A stretch of 64,000 nucleotides of DNA, taken from the NCBI GenBank assembly GCA_049840735.1, contig JASGJN010000020.1, positions 800,001-864,000 on the forward strand. Direction: 5' to 3'. The translations under genes and the position numbers were made by a program. Below, piece after piece: positions 29,184-41,321 of the stretch; positions within the stretch are counted from its first letter, which is position 1, and every line of letters starts with the position of its first letter. The stretch is from Anaeromyxobacter sp. GTDB taxonomy: Bacteria; Myxococcota; Myxococcia; Myxococcales; Anaeromyxobacteraceae. The notes beneath the pieces were generated by a model. That model was not told where the DNA came from. It worked only from the letters and a program-made list of their open reading frames with translations, and did not search any database.

Positions 29184-30419
29184 CTAGAACGGGTGGGCGC
29201 CGTGCGCGCCCATGATGAACTCGAAGCCCAGCAGCCCTTCGACGCCGCCCTCTCCGCCGGGCAGCCAGTCCTGCGAGACCTGCAGCCGCAGCCGCATGAA
29301 CTCGGACGCGAACCAGCTCCCGACCACGCCGGCGCGCCGCTCGGTGCCGGCCTCCCCCTCCCCGGCCGCCGGCGCCTCCTCGTAGCGGAGGCCGGCGCCC
29401 CACCAGGCGTTCGGGCGCCAGGAGCCCTCGGCCCACCACCCGTGCTCGGTCCCGTTCCCCTCGGCCAGGCCGCGGAAGCGGCGCAGGTACACCTCCGACT
29501 CCAGCGTGACGTAGCCGCGGCCCGCGATGGGCCGGTACTTCACCATCAGGTCGGCGCCGCCCAAATCGCGGTGGCCCCCGCCGGGCTCGGCCCGCAGCGC
29601 GCCGGAGAACCCCAGGCCGACGGTGGTGGCTTCGCCCAGCGAGGCGTACTGGAGGAGCCGCGCCGCGCCAGTCAGCTCCGCCGCGTCCTCCTCGGTGGGC
29701 TGGGTGTCCTGCGCGGCCAGGTGCAGCTCGGCGAACCAGGGCACGGGCGCGAGCCAGGCCAGGGCCACGCCGGGACCGGAGAGCGACTCCTCGGCCAGGA
29801 GCCGGTGCTGCGCCAGCGGCGCGTCCACGAAGCGCCAGGCGTGCGGGTGGCTCTGGTTGAACCGGCCGAACGGGGTGAAGAACTTGCCGGCGCGCAGCTG
29901 CAGGCCGGCGGGGAGCGAGAGCGTGGTGGCGTAGGCCTCCTCCACCTCCGCGCCCTCCGGGGTGAAGGCCACGAACACGTCGGCCCGCACGTACGGGTCC
30001 ACCACGGCCCGCAGCCCCAGCTCCACCTCCTGGAACAGGAAGGTGGGCCGGTCCTCCTGCCCGTAGGGGCCGGGCCTGGGGGAGAGCGCCTCGACGTCGT
30101 AGCCGTCCCACGCGGCCGCGAAGCTGCCGATGGCGGAGAGGTCGGGCATGAGCAGCAGGCGCGCCAGCGGGTTGCCGCCGGTCGTGCCGGCGGCGGGGGC
30201 CTGTGCGGTGCCGGCGGGAGCGGCGGGAGCGGACGGGGCCGGGGATGTGCCCAGCTCCTTGGCGATCTCGGCCTCGAGGCGGGCCTTCTCGGCGTCGGAC
30301 TGGGCCTGCGGGCCGGCGGGGGTGGACGGGGCGGCGGCCGCGCCGGACTGGGCGCGGGAGAGGGACGGAACGGCGGCGAGGGTGGCCACGAGGACCACGA
30401 CCATGGGTGAAGACGTCAC
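29184..30419 (-). CDS. Zinc-regulated outer-membrane receptor/porin-like protein
   Basis: GGAGG before GTG at 30419; QEVELGLRAVVDPY, EEAYATTLSLP, FGRFNQSHPHAWRFVD, C-terminal GAHGAHPF. Confidence 0.8.
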   Translation of the reverse strand: MTSSPMVVVLVATLAAVPSLSRAQSGAAAAPSTPAGPQAQSDAEKARLEAEIAKELGTSPAPSAPAAPAGTAQAPAAGTTGGNPLARLLLMPDLSAIGSFAAAWDGYDVEALSPRPGPYGQEDRPTFLFQEVELGLRAVVDPYVRADVFVAFTPEGAEVEEAYATTLSLPAGLQLRAGKFFTPFGRFNQSHPHAWRFVDAPLAQHRLLAEESLSGPGVALAWLAPVPWFAELHLAAQDTQPTEEDAAELTGAARLLQYASLGEATTVGLGFSGALRAEPGGGHRDLGGADLMVKYRPIAGRGYVTLESEVYLRRFRGLAEGNGTEHGWWAEGSWRPNAWWGAGLRYEEAPAAGEGEAGTERRAGVVGSWFASEFMRLRLQVSQDWLPGGEGGVEGLLGFEFIMGAHGAHPF

Positions 30420-30584
30420 GGACGACCTCCGGCGCGCACGCAGGCGCGCCCAGCAGCGATGGGCAACGAGCAGGGGCGCGCGACGAGCGCGCCCGCCACG
30501 AGCCGCCAAACGGCACCTGCCCTTCGACTTCGCCCCGACTTGCGTCGGGGCTACGCTCAGGGCGAACGGGTGGTGGCGGTTCCG

Positions 30585-30845
30585 CTAGCTGCTGATGGGA
30601 GGCGACTGCCCCGGGATGGCGCCCAGCGGCGCGCCGGTGACCGGCGAGGCGGCGGGGACGGCCACCTCGCGCTCCGGCCAGGCCGTGGGCGGGGCGACGT
30701 CGGGGGTGCTGCTGGTGGCCACGTCCGAGCTGCCGGCCACGCAGACGGCGCACCCGTGGGTGCCCGCGGGGCCGGAGTGGACGTGGGGCGCCGCCGCCGT
30801 CAGGGCGAGGAAGACCGCGAGGCCGGCGGCGAGCAGCGCGCGCAT
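30585..30845 (-). CDS. DUF2946-like small leader protein (TM, His, CxxC, C-terminal xxPP)
   Basis: TM helix, APHVH, GCAVC, Pro-rich spacer, IPGQSPP; first gene of the metal-uptake operon. Confidence 0.65.
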   Translation of the reverse strand: MRALLAAGLAVFLALTAAAPHVHSGPAGTHGCAVCVAGSSDVATSSTPDVAPPTAWPEREVAVPAASPVTGAPLGAIPGQSPPISS

Positions 30846-30940
30846 CGGCTGGAGTAGTGATCCTCGGCCGGGCCGATGTCAACGCGAAGTCGGTGCGGCT
30901 CCCTGCCCGGGGCCGCGCGGCCCCCCCGCCCCTTCCGCAC

Positions 30941-32116
30941 CTACCCCAGCACACCCGCCGCGCGCAGCGCCGCGATCTCCGCCTCGGTGAACCCGGCCTC
31001 GGCCAGGACCTCGGCGCCGTGCGCGCCCAGCTGCGGCGCGGGCCGGCGCGGCGCGGTGAGGCCACGCAGGCGCACCGGGGAGGCGACGCCGGGGATGGCC
31101 CGCCCCTCCCACGGCGTCTCCACCTCCAGGAACGCGCCGCGCGCGCGGAGCTGCGGATCGGCCCGCGGCTCGTCGCCCTCCAGCACCGGCGAGAGGCAGA
31201 CGTCGTGCTCGGCGGCGAAGGCCGCCCACTCCGCCCGCGTGCGCGCCGCGAAGATGGCCTCGAGCTCCGCGCGCGGCCCGGCGCCGCCCTCGTCCAGCTG
31301 CCGCTCCGCCAGCTCCGGCCGCCCCACCGCCCGGCAGAAGGCGGCGAAGAACTTGGGCTCGAGCGCGGCCAGGGCCACGAAGCGGCCGTCGCGGGTCGGG
31401 TAGACGCCGTAGCAGGCGGCCCCGCCGCCCAGCAGCTCGGCCCCGCGCCGCAGCGGCGCCTCGCGCGCCCAGGCCATGGCCAGCGGCATGGCCAGCAGCG
31501 CCAGCGCCCCCTCGGTCATGGAGACGTCCACGTGCGCGCCCTGCCCGCTCGCGGCCCGCCCCACCAGCGCCGCAAGCACCCCGGCCACCGCGGGCCACGC
31601 GCCGCCGGCCAGGTCGGCGGCCTGTACGCCGGGCGGCACCGGCGCCGCCGGGGGGCCGTTGAGCGCCAGCGCGCCGGCCAGCGCCATGTAGTTGAGGTCG
31701 TGGCCGGCCCGGCCGGCGGCGGGGCCGTCCTGGCCGTGGCCGGAGATGGAGCAGAGCACCAGGCGCGGCTGGCGCGCGTGGAGCGCCTCCCACCCGCAGC
31801 CGAGCCGGTCCAGCACGCCGGGCCGGAACGACTCCATCACCGCGTCGGCGGAGGCCGCCAGCCGCAGGAAGGCGTCGCGCCCCTCCGGCCGCGCCAGGTC
31901 CAGCGCCAGCGAGCGCTTGTTGCGGTTGAGGGCGTGGAACGCAGCGGACTGCTCGGCCAGGAGCGGCGGCGTCCAGCGCAGCCAGTCGCCGCCGCGCGGA
32001 TCCTCCACCTTGACGACGTCCGCGCCCAGGTCCGCCAGCACGAGCGTGGCGAAGGGCCCAGGCAGGAGCCGGGTCAGGTCCAGGATGCGGACGCCCGCGA
32101 GCGGCAGCCGCTCCAC
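30941..32116 (-). CDS. CaiB/BaiF family III CoA-transferase / acyl-CoA racemase
   Basis: LAGVRILDLTRLLPGP, LNRNKRSLALDL, ESFRPGV, GHDLNY. Confidence 0.93.
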   Translation of the reverse strand: MERLPLAGVRILDLTRLLPGPFATLVLADLGADVVKVEDPRGGDWLRWTPPLLAEQSAAFHALNRNKRSLALDLARPEGRDAFLRLAASADAVMESFRPGVLDRLGCGWEALHARQPRLVLCSISGHGQDGPAAGRAGHDLNYMALAGALALNGPPAAPVPPGVQAADLAGGAWPAVAGVLAALVGRAASGQGAHVDVSMTEGALALLAMPLAMAWAREAPLRRGAELLGGGAACYGVYPTRDGRFVALAALEPKFFAAFCRAVGRPELAERQLDEGGAGPRAELEAIFAARTRAEWAAFAAEHDVCLSPVLEGDEPRADPQLRARGAFLEVETPWEGRAIPGVASPVRLRGLTAPRRPAPQLGAHGAEVLAEAGFTEAEIAALRAAGVLG

Positions 32117-32129
32117 GGTCAGCCCGGGC

Positions 32130-32459
32130 TCAGGTGAGGATCTGCTGCAGCTTCATGGCCAGCCCCATGTCGCCCTGGATCTTGAGCTTGCCGGACATGA
32201 AGGCCATCTGCGGGTTGAGCTTCCCGTTCACGATGGCGAGGAAGTCGGCGTCGGTGGCCGCCACCGTGCACTTCGCGGCGGTGACCGCACCCTCGGTCAC
32301 CTTCCCGCCGGGCGCCGTGCAGTCCACCGTCCAGGCGCCGCCGCCGGGGCCGGAGATGTTGAACTGGTAGACCGCGTTGATCTTCGTGACCACGTCCGGC
32401 TTGGCCTGGAACTTGTGCGGGATGTGGTTCTCGAAGACTTCCTTGACCGTCGTGGCCAT
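32130..32459 (-). CDS. SCP2 sterol/lipid-binding domain protein
   Basis: GKLNPQMAFMSGKLKIQGDMGLAMKL. Confidence 0.92.
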   Translation of the reverse strand: MATTVKEVFENHIPHKFQAKPDVVTKINAVYQFNISGPGGGAWTVDCTAPGGKVTEGAVTAAKCTVAATDADFLAIVNGKLNPQMAFMSGKLKIQGDMGLAMKLQQILT

Positions 32460-32578
32460 GGCGCTCCTCGCGCGCGGCGCGAGCCGCGATCGACCCGTGA
32501 ATCGGCCTTCCTAAGTATTGGCGCGGGAAGGGCGTGTCAAGCGCACCGCGTCATCGAAGGCGAGGGGTGCTCGCTCGC

Positions 32579-32971
32579 TCAAGGCGCAGGGGACGGCCGG
32601 CCGCCGGACAGGACCTCCTGCAGCGTGCCGGTGAGCGTGTCCGGATCGACGGGCTTGATGAGGATGGCGTCCACCTCGTGGCCGCGCGCCTGCGTGATGT
32701 CCTCGCGCTCGGCCCAGCCGGTCACGACCACCACCGGTATGCCGGGCGAGATGGCCTTGGCGGCGCGCGCCAGCTCGAGGCCGCCCATGCCCGGCATGCC
32801 CACGTCGGTCACCACGGCGGCGACCGGGCCCTCGGCGAGCAGCTGCAGGCCGATCTGCCCGGTGGCCGCCGGCACCACCTCGTAGCCGGAGCCGGCCAGC
32901 ACCTCGGCCATGAGCTCCCGGTTGTCGTCGTCGTCCTCCACCAGCAGGACGCGTTGCCGCTCGGACTCCAT
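32579..32971 (-). CDS. Single-domain response regulator
   Basis: VLLVEDDDD, TDVGMPGMGG, VVTGW, IKP. Confidence 0.92.
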   Translation of the reverse strand: MESERQRVLLVEDDDDNRELMAEVLAGSGYEVVPAATGQIGLQLLAEGPVAAVVTDVGMPGMGGLELARAAKAISPGIPVVVVTGWAEREDITQARGHEVDAILIKPVDPDTLTGTLQEVLSGGRPSPAP

Positions 32972-33085
32972 CCGGACTCACCCCATCAAGGCCTGGGGGC
33001 CCCGCCGGCTGGCGCCAGCGGGTCCCGGGTCAGTCTTGCACCTCCACGCCGGGCGGGGCGACCGCCTCATGGGGTGGCCCCCCGG

Positions 33086-34897
33086 CTATTCGGCGTAGAA
33101 GGCGTCGAGCAGGGCCTTGTGCTTCTGCGTGACCACCTTGCGCTTGACCTTGAGCGTGGGCGTGAGCTCGCCCGTCTCCTGCGTGAAGTCGCGCGGCAGG
33201 ATCTCGAACTTCTTGATGGTGGAGTAGCTGGCCTGGCGCGCGTTGAGCGCGTCGATCGCCTCCTGGATGCGGGCGCGCAGCTTGGGATCGCGGTGCACGC
33301 CCTCGCTCCAGGGCAGGTGGTGCTCGCTGGCCCAGCGCCGCGCGTTCTCCTCGTTGAGCGTGACGAGCGCGGAGAGGAACTTGCGCTGGTCGCCGTGGAC
33401 CATCACCTGCGAGATGAGCGGGTCGGTCTTGAGCTCGTTCTCGAGGTTCTGGGGGGCCACGTTCTTGCCGCCGGCGGTGACGATGATGTCCTTCTTGCGA
33501 TCGGTGATCTTGAGGCAGCCGGCCTCGTCCACGTGGCCGATGTCGCCGGTGCAGAGCCAGCCGTCCTTGAGCGCCTCGGCGGTGGCGGTGGGGTTGTTGT
33601 AGTAGCCCGTCATGATCCCCGGCCCCTTGATGAGGATCTCGCCGTCCTCGGCGATCTTCACCTCGGTGCCCGGGACCGGCGGCCCCACGGTGCCGATCCG
33701 GATGCGGCCCGGCCGGTTGACGAAGGTCCCGGCGGAGGACTCGGTAAGCCCGTAGCCCTCGGCGATGGAGAAGCCCAGCTGGTCGAAGAAGTGGGCGATC
33801 TTGGGCGAGAGCGGCGCGCCGCCGGAGACGAAGAGCCGGATGCGCCCGCCGAACCGCTCGCTGAGCGTGTGCGCCAGCTTGGGGAAGACCAGCTTTCGCC
33901 CGACCAGCAGGCCGAAGGAGCTGAACTCCTTGCCGACCTCCTTGGCCGCGGCGTAGCCCTCGAAGCTCTCCAGCGCCAGCGCGAAGAGCTTCCCCTTGAG
34001 GCCGGGCGTGGCCAGCCCCTTGGTCACCACCGCGTTGTAGGCCTTCTCGAAGATGCGCGGCACCGAGGGCATCACGGTGGGGCGCACCTCGCCGGCGTTC
34101 TCGACGATCTTCTCCAGCGACTCGACGAACGCGCAGGTGGCGCCGGTCGAGAACCAGACCGCCTCGATCACCTTGGCGAAGGAGTGGGCCATGGGCAGGA
34201 ACATCAGCACCAGGTCCTCGGGCTGGACGATCTTGAGCTCCTCGACCGCCATCCCCTCGTAGACCCAGTTGCCGTGGGTGAGGATCACGCCCTTGGGGTT
34301 GCCGGTGGTGCCGGAGGTGTAGATGAACGAGGCCGCGTCGTCCTTGCCCACCGACGCCAGCCGCTCGGCGTGGGCGCCGGGGTGGGCCTGCCGCCAGGCC
34401 GCGCCCAGCTGCTCCAGGTCCGCCAGCGTCCGCTCGAACCCGTCGGCTGCGCCGCCGGAGGCGCGGATGATCCCCTCCAGCGCCGGCAGCTGCCCGCGGA
34501 CCTCGCGGATCTTGTCCACCTGGGTGGCGGAGTCGCAGAAGATGAAGCGCGCCCCCGAGTCGGCCAGGATGTACTGGCACTCGGCGGCCTTGTTGGACTG
34601 GTAGATGGTGACGGTGATGCCGCCCGCGCCCAGGATGCCCAGGTCGGCCAGGATCCACTCCAGCGCCGTCTCCCCGATGACCGCCACGCGGTCGCCGCGC
34701 CGGAGTCCCAGCGATGCCAGGCCGTCGGCGACGTCGCGCGCCCGCCGGGCCATCGCGGCCCAGGACACGTCGCTCCAGGCGCCGTCGCGCTTGTGTCGCA
34801 CGGCGGTCCGCTCGCCCCGCCGCTGCGCCTGCGCCTCGAACAGCTCCACCAGGTTCCGCGCCACCGCGCCCTTCCGGATCTCGGCCTCGGCGATCAT
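33086..34897 (-). CDS. Long-chain fatty acid-CoA ligase
   Basis: YTSGTTGNPKG, SGGAPL, EGYGLTE, TGDIG, ITDRKKD; GGGAG before ATG at 34897. Confidence 0.93.
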   Translation of the reverse strand: MIAEAEIRKGAVARNLVELFEAQAQRRGERTAVRHKRDGAWSDVSWAAMARRARDVADGLASLGLRRGDRVAVIGETALEWILADLGILGAGGITVTIYQSNKAAECQYILADSGARFIFCDSATQVDKIREVRGQLPALEGIIRASGGAADGFERTLADLEQLGAAWRQAHPGAHAERLASVGKDDAASFIYTSGTTGNPKGVILTHGNWVYEGMAVEELKIVQPEDLVLMFLPMAHSFAKVIEAVWFSTGATCAFVESLEKIVENAGEVRPTVMPSVPRIFEKAYNAVVTKGLATPGLKGKLFALALESFEGYAAAKEVGKEFSSFGLLVGRKLVFPKLAHTLSERFGGRIRLFVSGGAPLSPKIAHFFDQLGFSIAEGYGLTESSAGTFVNRPGRIRIGTVGPPVPGTEVKIAEDGEILIKGPGIMTGYYNNPTATAEALKDGWLCTGDIGHVDEAGCLKITDRKKDIIVTAGGKNVAPQNLENELKTDPLISQVMVHGDQRKFLSALVTLNEENARRWASEHHLPWSEGVHRDPKLRARIQEAIDALNARQASYSTIKKFEILPRDFTQETGELTPTLKVKRKVVTQKHKALLDAFYAE

Positions 34898-34917
34898 CTC
34901 GCTCCCCTCCGTCGTGT

Positions 34918-35694
34918 TCACTCGGCGTCCATCAGCTTCCGGGCCACGGCCTGCCAGCGCCGCTCCTCGGGTGCATCGTACCGGCCCGGCGGGTTGGCCA
35001 GGGCCTTCTCCAGCTGCGCCCGCGCCTCCTTGCCGTGCCCTTCCTTTCGGTACAGCTCGGCCAGGTAGACCCGGGCGCGGACGTTGTCCGGGTTGCGGCC
35101 CAGGGCCGCCAGCAACGCCTTCTCGCTCTTCTCCGCGTCGTACTTGGGCCAGGGCAGCTTGAACCAGAACCGGCCCCAGGCCGTCTGGATGGCGCCGTGC
35201 TCGAAGGCGGGGTCCAGCTTCTCGGCCCGGGACAGCGCCGCCTTGAACTTGCCCTCGATCCCCTCGCGCAGGGCCCGGAAGACGCCGATGCCGAGCGAGT
35301 AGTTGCCCATCCCGGCGGCGGCGTAGTGGTGCCCCTCCACCCGGCCCGGATCGGCCTTCTCGGCGCGCTCGGCGTAGCCCCAGCCCTGCTTCCCGGTCCG
35401 GCTCTTCACCTCGTCCTTGAGCGCCGGGTCGTCCGACTCCCAGAAGCAGCGCCGCGCCTGCCGCCACAGGACCTCGTAATCCTCCGGCGCCAGCTGCTCG
35501 GCCTCGTCCAGCCTGGCCCGCAGCTCATCCAGCGCGCCGGGCTCGTCCCGGCGGGCGTAGGCGGCGTCGGCCTGCTGGAGCAAGGCGGCGAGCCCTGCCG
35601 GCTCACGACGCGACGCGTCAGGAGCCCCTGGATCCTGGGCCAGGGCGAGCGCCGGAACGAGGGCGACGCTCCACAGGAGGACTGGTCGAAGCAT
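34918..35694 (-). CDS. Exported TPR protein
   Basis: Signal peptide MLRPVLLWSVALVPALALA, TPR helices. Confidence 0.75.
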   Translation of the reverse strand: MLRPVLLWSVALVPALALAQDPGAPDASRREPAGLAALLQQADAAYARRDEPGALDELRARLDEAEQLAPEDYEVLWRQARRCFWESDDPALKDEVKSRTGKQGWGYAERAEKADPGRVEGHHYAAAGMGNYSLGIGVFRALREGIEGKFKAALSRAEKLDPAFEHGAIQTAWGRFWFKLPWPKYDAEKSEKALLAALGRNPDNVRARVYLAELYRKEGHGKEARAQLEKALANPPGRYDAPEERRWQAVARKLMDAE

Positions 35695-35767
35695 GGGCCC
35701 ATGCATGGTGCGCATGCGGCAACCTGTCCGCAACGACCAAGCGAGGCGTTAACGAAAAGTAGAAACG

Positions 35768-35797
35768 CGAGAACCCGGCCTCGCGACCGGGTTCTCG
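35768..35797 (-). terminator. Intrinsic terminator
   Basis: cgagaacccgg...ccgggttctcg stem; minus strand continues cgtttctactttt. Confidence 0.65.
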
Positions 35798-35841
35798 GAA
35801 CGTCAACCCTGCCGGGGCCGCCCCAGGGCGGCGGGGGCCGT

Positions 35842-37806
35842 CTAGTACGGCCCGCCCGGCCCGGGGTTGTTCGCGTCGCCCGTGGAGCAGAGGCAGGTGC
35901 CCACGCTGGTCGGGCTCGGCACCACGAACTCGCCGCTGGGCAGCACGCCGGCGAAGCAGCTCCAGTCGTCGGACCGGCCGCCCAGGACCGAGGCGCACTG
36001 GGCCTTCGACTGGCAGCCGCCCGCCGGCAGCTGGCCGATGTAGTCGGCCGAGTAGGTCTCGCCCGCGCCCGCCTCGCAGGCGTGCGTGGCGTGGTTGATG
36101 AAGACGTAGCGGCTGGCGGCGGTGGGCCTCTTCTGGTCGGCGGTCACCTGCTCGGCCGAGGCGGTGAACCACCAGTCCCACCCCGCGGCGACCGCCTCGT
36201 CGGCGGTCAGGTTGACCGGCGCCGGCCCGTGGCAGGTCTTGCGCGTGGTGCCCTTGGTGTCGGCGATGCGCAGCAGGGTGATGTCGCTGCTGGCGGGCTG
36301 CGTGGGCAGGGTGAGGCCGGTGGGCGGCTTCACGATGTCTGCGATGCGGTCGAGGATGACGTCGAAGTCGGGGTCGCAGATGGAGCCGACCACCACGTCC
36401 GCGCCCTTGGACCTGAACTGGGCCGCGGCCTGCAGCAAGCGCGAGCCAGGGGCCTGGCCGCCGCAGGTGGCGCTGGTGCACGTGCTGGTGCTGCCGGTGC
36501 AGGCGTAGTCGCAGCAGATGCCGGGCGTGCAGCTGGCGTCCTCGCACACGCCCTGGGTCGAGGTGATGAAGGCGGCGCCCAGCGGGCGGCCCAGGCCGGT
36601 GAAGTAGCTCACCATGTCGCTCACGGCGTACTGCTTGCGCTGGCCGTCGGGCAGGCCGGCGTCGGCCACGCAGGTGTCGCTGCCGGGCGGGCCGCTCAGG
36701 ATCACGCCGTTCACCGCGTCGGCCGGCGAGGAGCAGTCGTCCTCGTCACCCACGAACACCAGCACCAGCTTGGCCTTGTCGGCGGCGTGCGGCCAGAGGG
36801 CCTTGGCGGTGGTGACCTCGCCGGCCTCGTTGCGCGTGTCCTGCTGCCCCTCGGCGGAGAGCGCCTTCTGCAGCGCCAGCTTGCCGGCCTGGAGCCCCTG
36901 CTCCTCGCCCGAGCCGCAGGTGCCGGCGATGACGTTGCCCTGCCAGGTGCCGCCCACCTGCTGCGCGAACCAGCCCTGCAGCTGCGCCGAGGTGTAGCCC
37001 TGGCGGTTGCAGGAGGTGCCGGAGCTGCAGGCCGGCAGGCCGGACGGGCGGGTGTCCGCGTAGATCTCCTTGTCGAAGTGGAGCACGCGCGGGTTGTCGC
37101 CCTGCCCGATGAAGGCGCCGCCCGGGTAGGCGCCGCCGTTGGTGGCGTTGCCGGGGGAGCAGGTGGAGTCGAAGCGGAAGCGCGTCTGCAGGTCACCGCA
37201 GGCGGCGCCGGCGGTGGCCGCGCTGGCCTCGCAGAGCACCGGCTCGGTGCGGGCCGGGTTGTTGCTGCTGTCGCAGCAGACCAGCGAGCCGGTGAAGCCG
37301 TTGCAGGTGGTCTTGCAGGTGTCGCCCGGGCGCGTCGGGTTGCAGGCGTCGCTCGCGCTGGCGCAGGCCTTCACCTGCTTGAGCGGCGCGATGGCGCTCG
37401 TGCCCGAGGTGTTGCAGCAGACCGGCGTCCCCGCGGTCACGCCGGGGCAGTCGGTCCGGCAGAACGCCGTGGTGGGCGCGCTGTAGAAGACCGAGGTGCT
37501 GGTGACGGCGACGTGGAAGTCGATGGTGGGGACGGCGTTGGCCTTCCGGTCCAGGTTGGTCTGATCCAGGTTCTGGATGAAGGACTGGAAGTTCTCGGCG
37601 ATCTTCTGCTGCTCGCCGCCCATGGAGCCCGAGTCGTCCACGACGAAGAGGACGTCGGCCGTCGAGATGTCCGACAGCTTCACGCGCTCCGAGCCGGGCT
37701 GGATGAGGCAGTGCCCGACCGGATTGAAGTTGTAGTTCTGGCAGCCCGTCGCAGCGAGCGTCAGGGCGGCGATCAGGATCCCGTGGCGCCGGGACGGTTG
37801 CAGCAT
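35842..37806 (-). CDS. Cys-rich VWA-domain lipoprotein (CglB/CglD-like myxobacterial surface protein)
   Basis: GGAGG RBS, lipobox AATGC, MIDAS DVLFVVDDSGSM, many Cys. Confidence 0.75.
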   Translation of the reverse strand: MLQPSRRHGILIAALTLAATGCQNYNFNPVGHCLIQPGSERVKLSDISTADVLFVVDDSGSMGGEQQKIAENFQSFIQNLDQTNLDRKANAVPTIDFHVAVTSTSVFYSAPTTAFCRTDCPGVTAGTPVCCNTSGTSAIAPLKQVKACASASDACNPTRPGDTCKTTCNGFTGSLVCCDSSNNPARTEPVLCEASAATAGAACGDLQTRFRFDSTCSPGNATNGGAYPGGAFIGQGDNPRVLHFDKEIYADTRPSGLPACSSGTSCNRQGYTSAQLQGWFAQQVGGTWQGNVIAGTCGSGEEQGLQAGKLALQKALSAEGQQDTRNEAGEVTTAKALWPHAADKAKLVLVFVGDEDDCSSPADAVNGVILSGPPGSDTCVADAGLPDGQRKQYAVSDMVSYFTGLGRPLGAAFITSTQGVCEDASCTPGICCDYACTGSTSTCTSATCGGQAPGSRLLQAAAQFRSKGADVVVGSICDPDFDVILDRIADIVKPPTGLTLPTQPASSDITLLRIADTKGTTRKTCHGPAPVNLTADEAVAAGWDWWFTASAEQVTADQKRPTAASRYVFINHATHACEAGAGETYSADYIGQLPAGGCQSKAQCASVLGGRSDDWSCFAGVLPSGEFVVPSPTSVGTCLCSTGDANNPGPGGPY

Positions 37807-37962
37807 CGAGAACCTCCGTTTCGCCGCAATGATAGCCGTCTTCGTCCCACGGGCAAACGACGCGGACGTGTTTCGGCCCATTTCACTCGCCGCGCACGGG
37901 CGCGCAGGGCGACGCACCTTGCCCCACCCGGCGGCGTCCGGCGCCGGCCCCGCGCCCCTCCC

Positions 37963-39528
<1,566 letters not shown>

Positions 39529-39619
39529 GGCGGCCTCTCGCCCCTGCGCAGGTCCTGGAGAGAACGGCCGCCCGCCCCGCGCCTGCCGGCGGGACGGGCG
39601 GAGGAGAACCTCGGGGAGA

Positions 39620-41227
<1,608 letters not shown>

Positions 41228-41321
41228 TCACCGGAGCGGCAACGCCGCCGCGCGCCGGCGGCCGCGCGGACGGGCGGTCGGTGCCTTGCCCCGGGCTCGT
41301 CCGCAAAGTGATAATCGCGCC

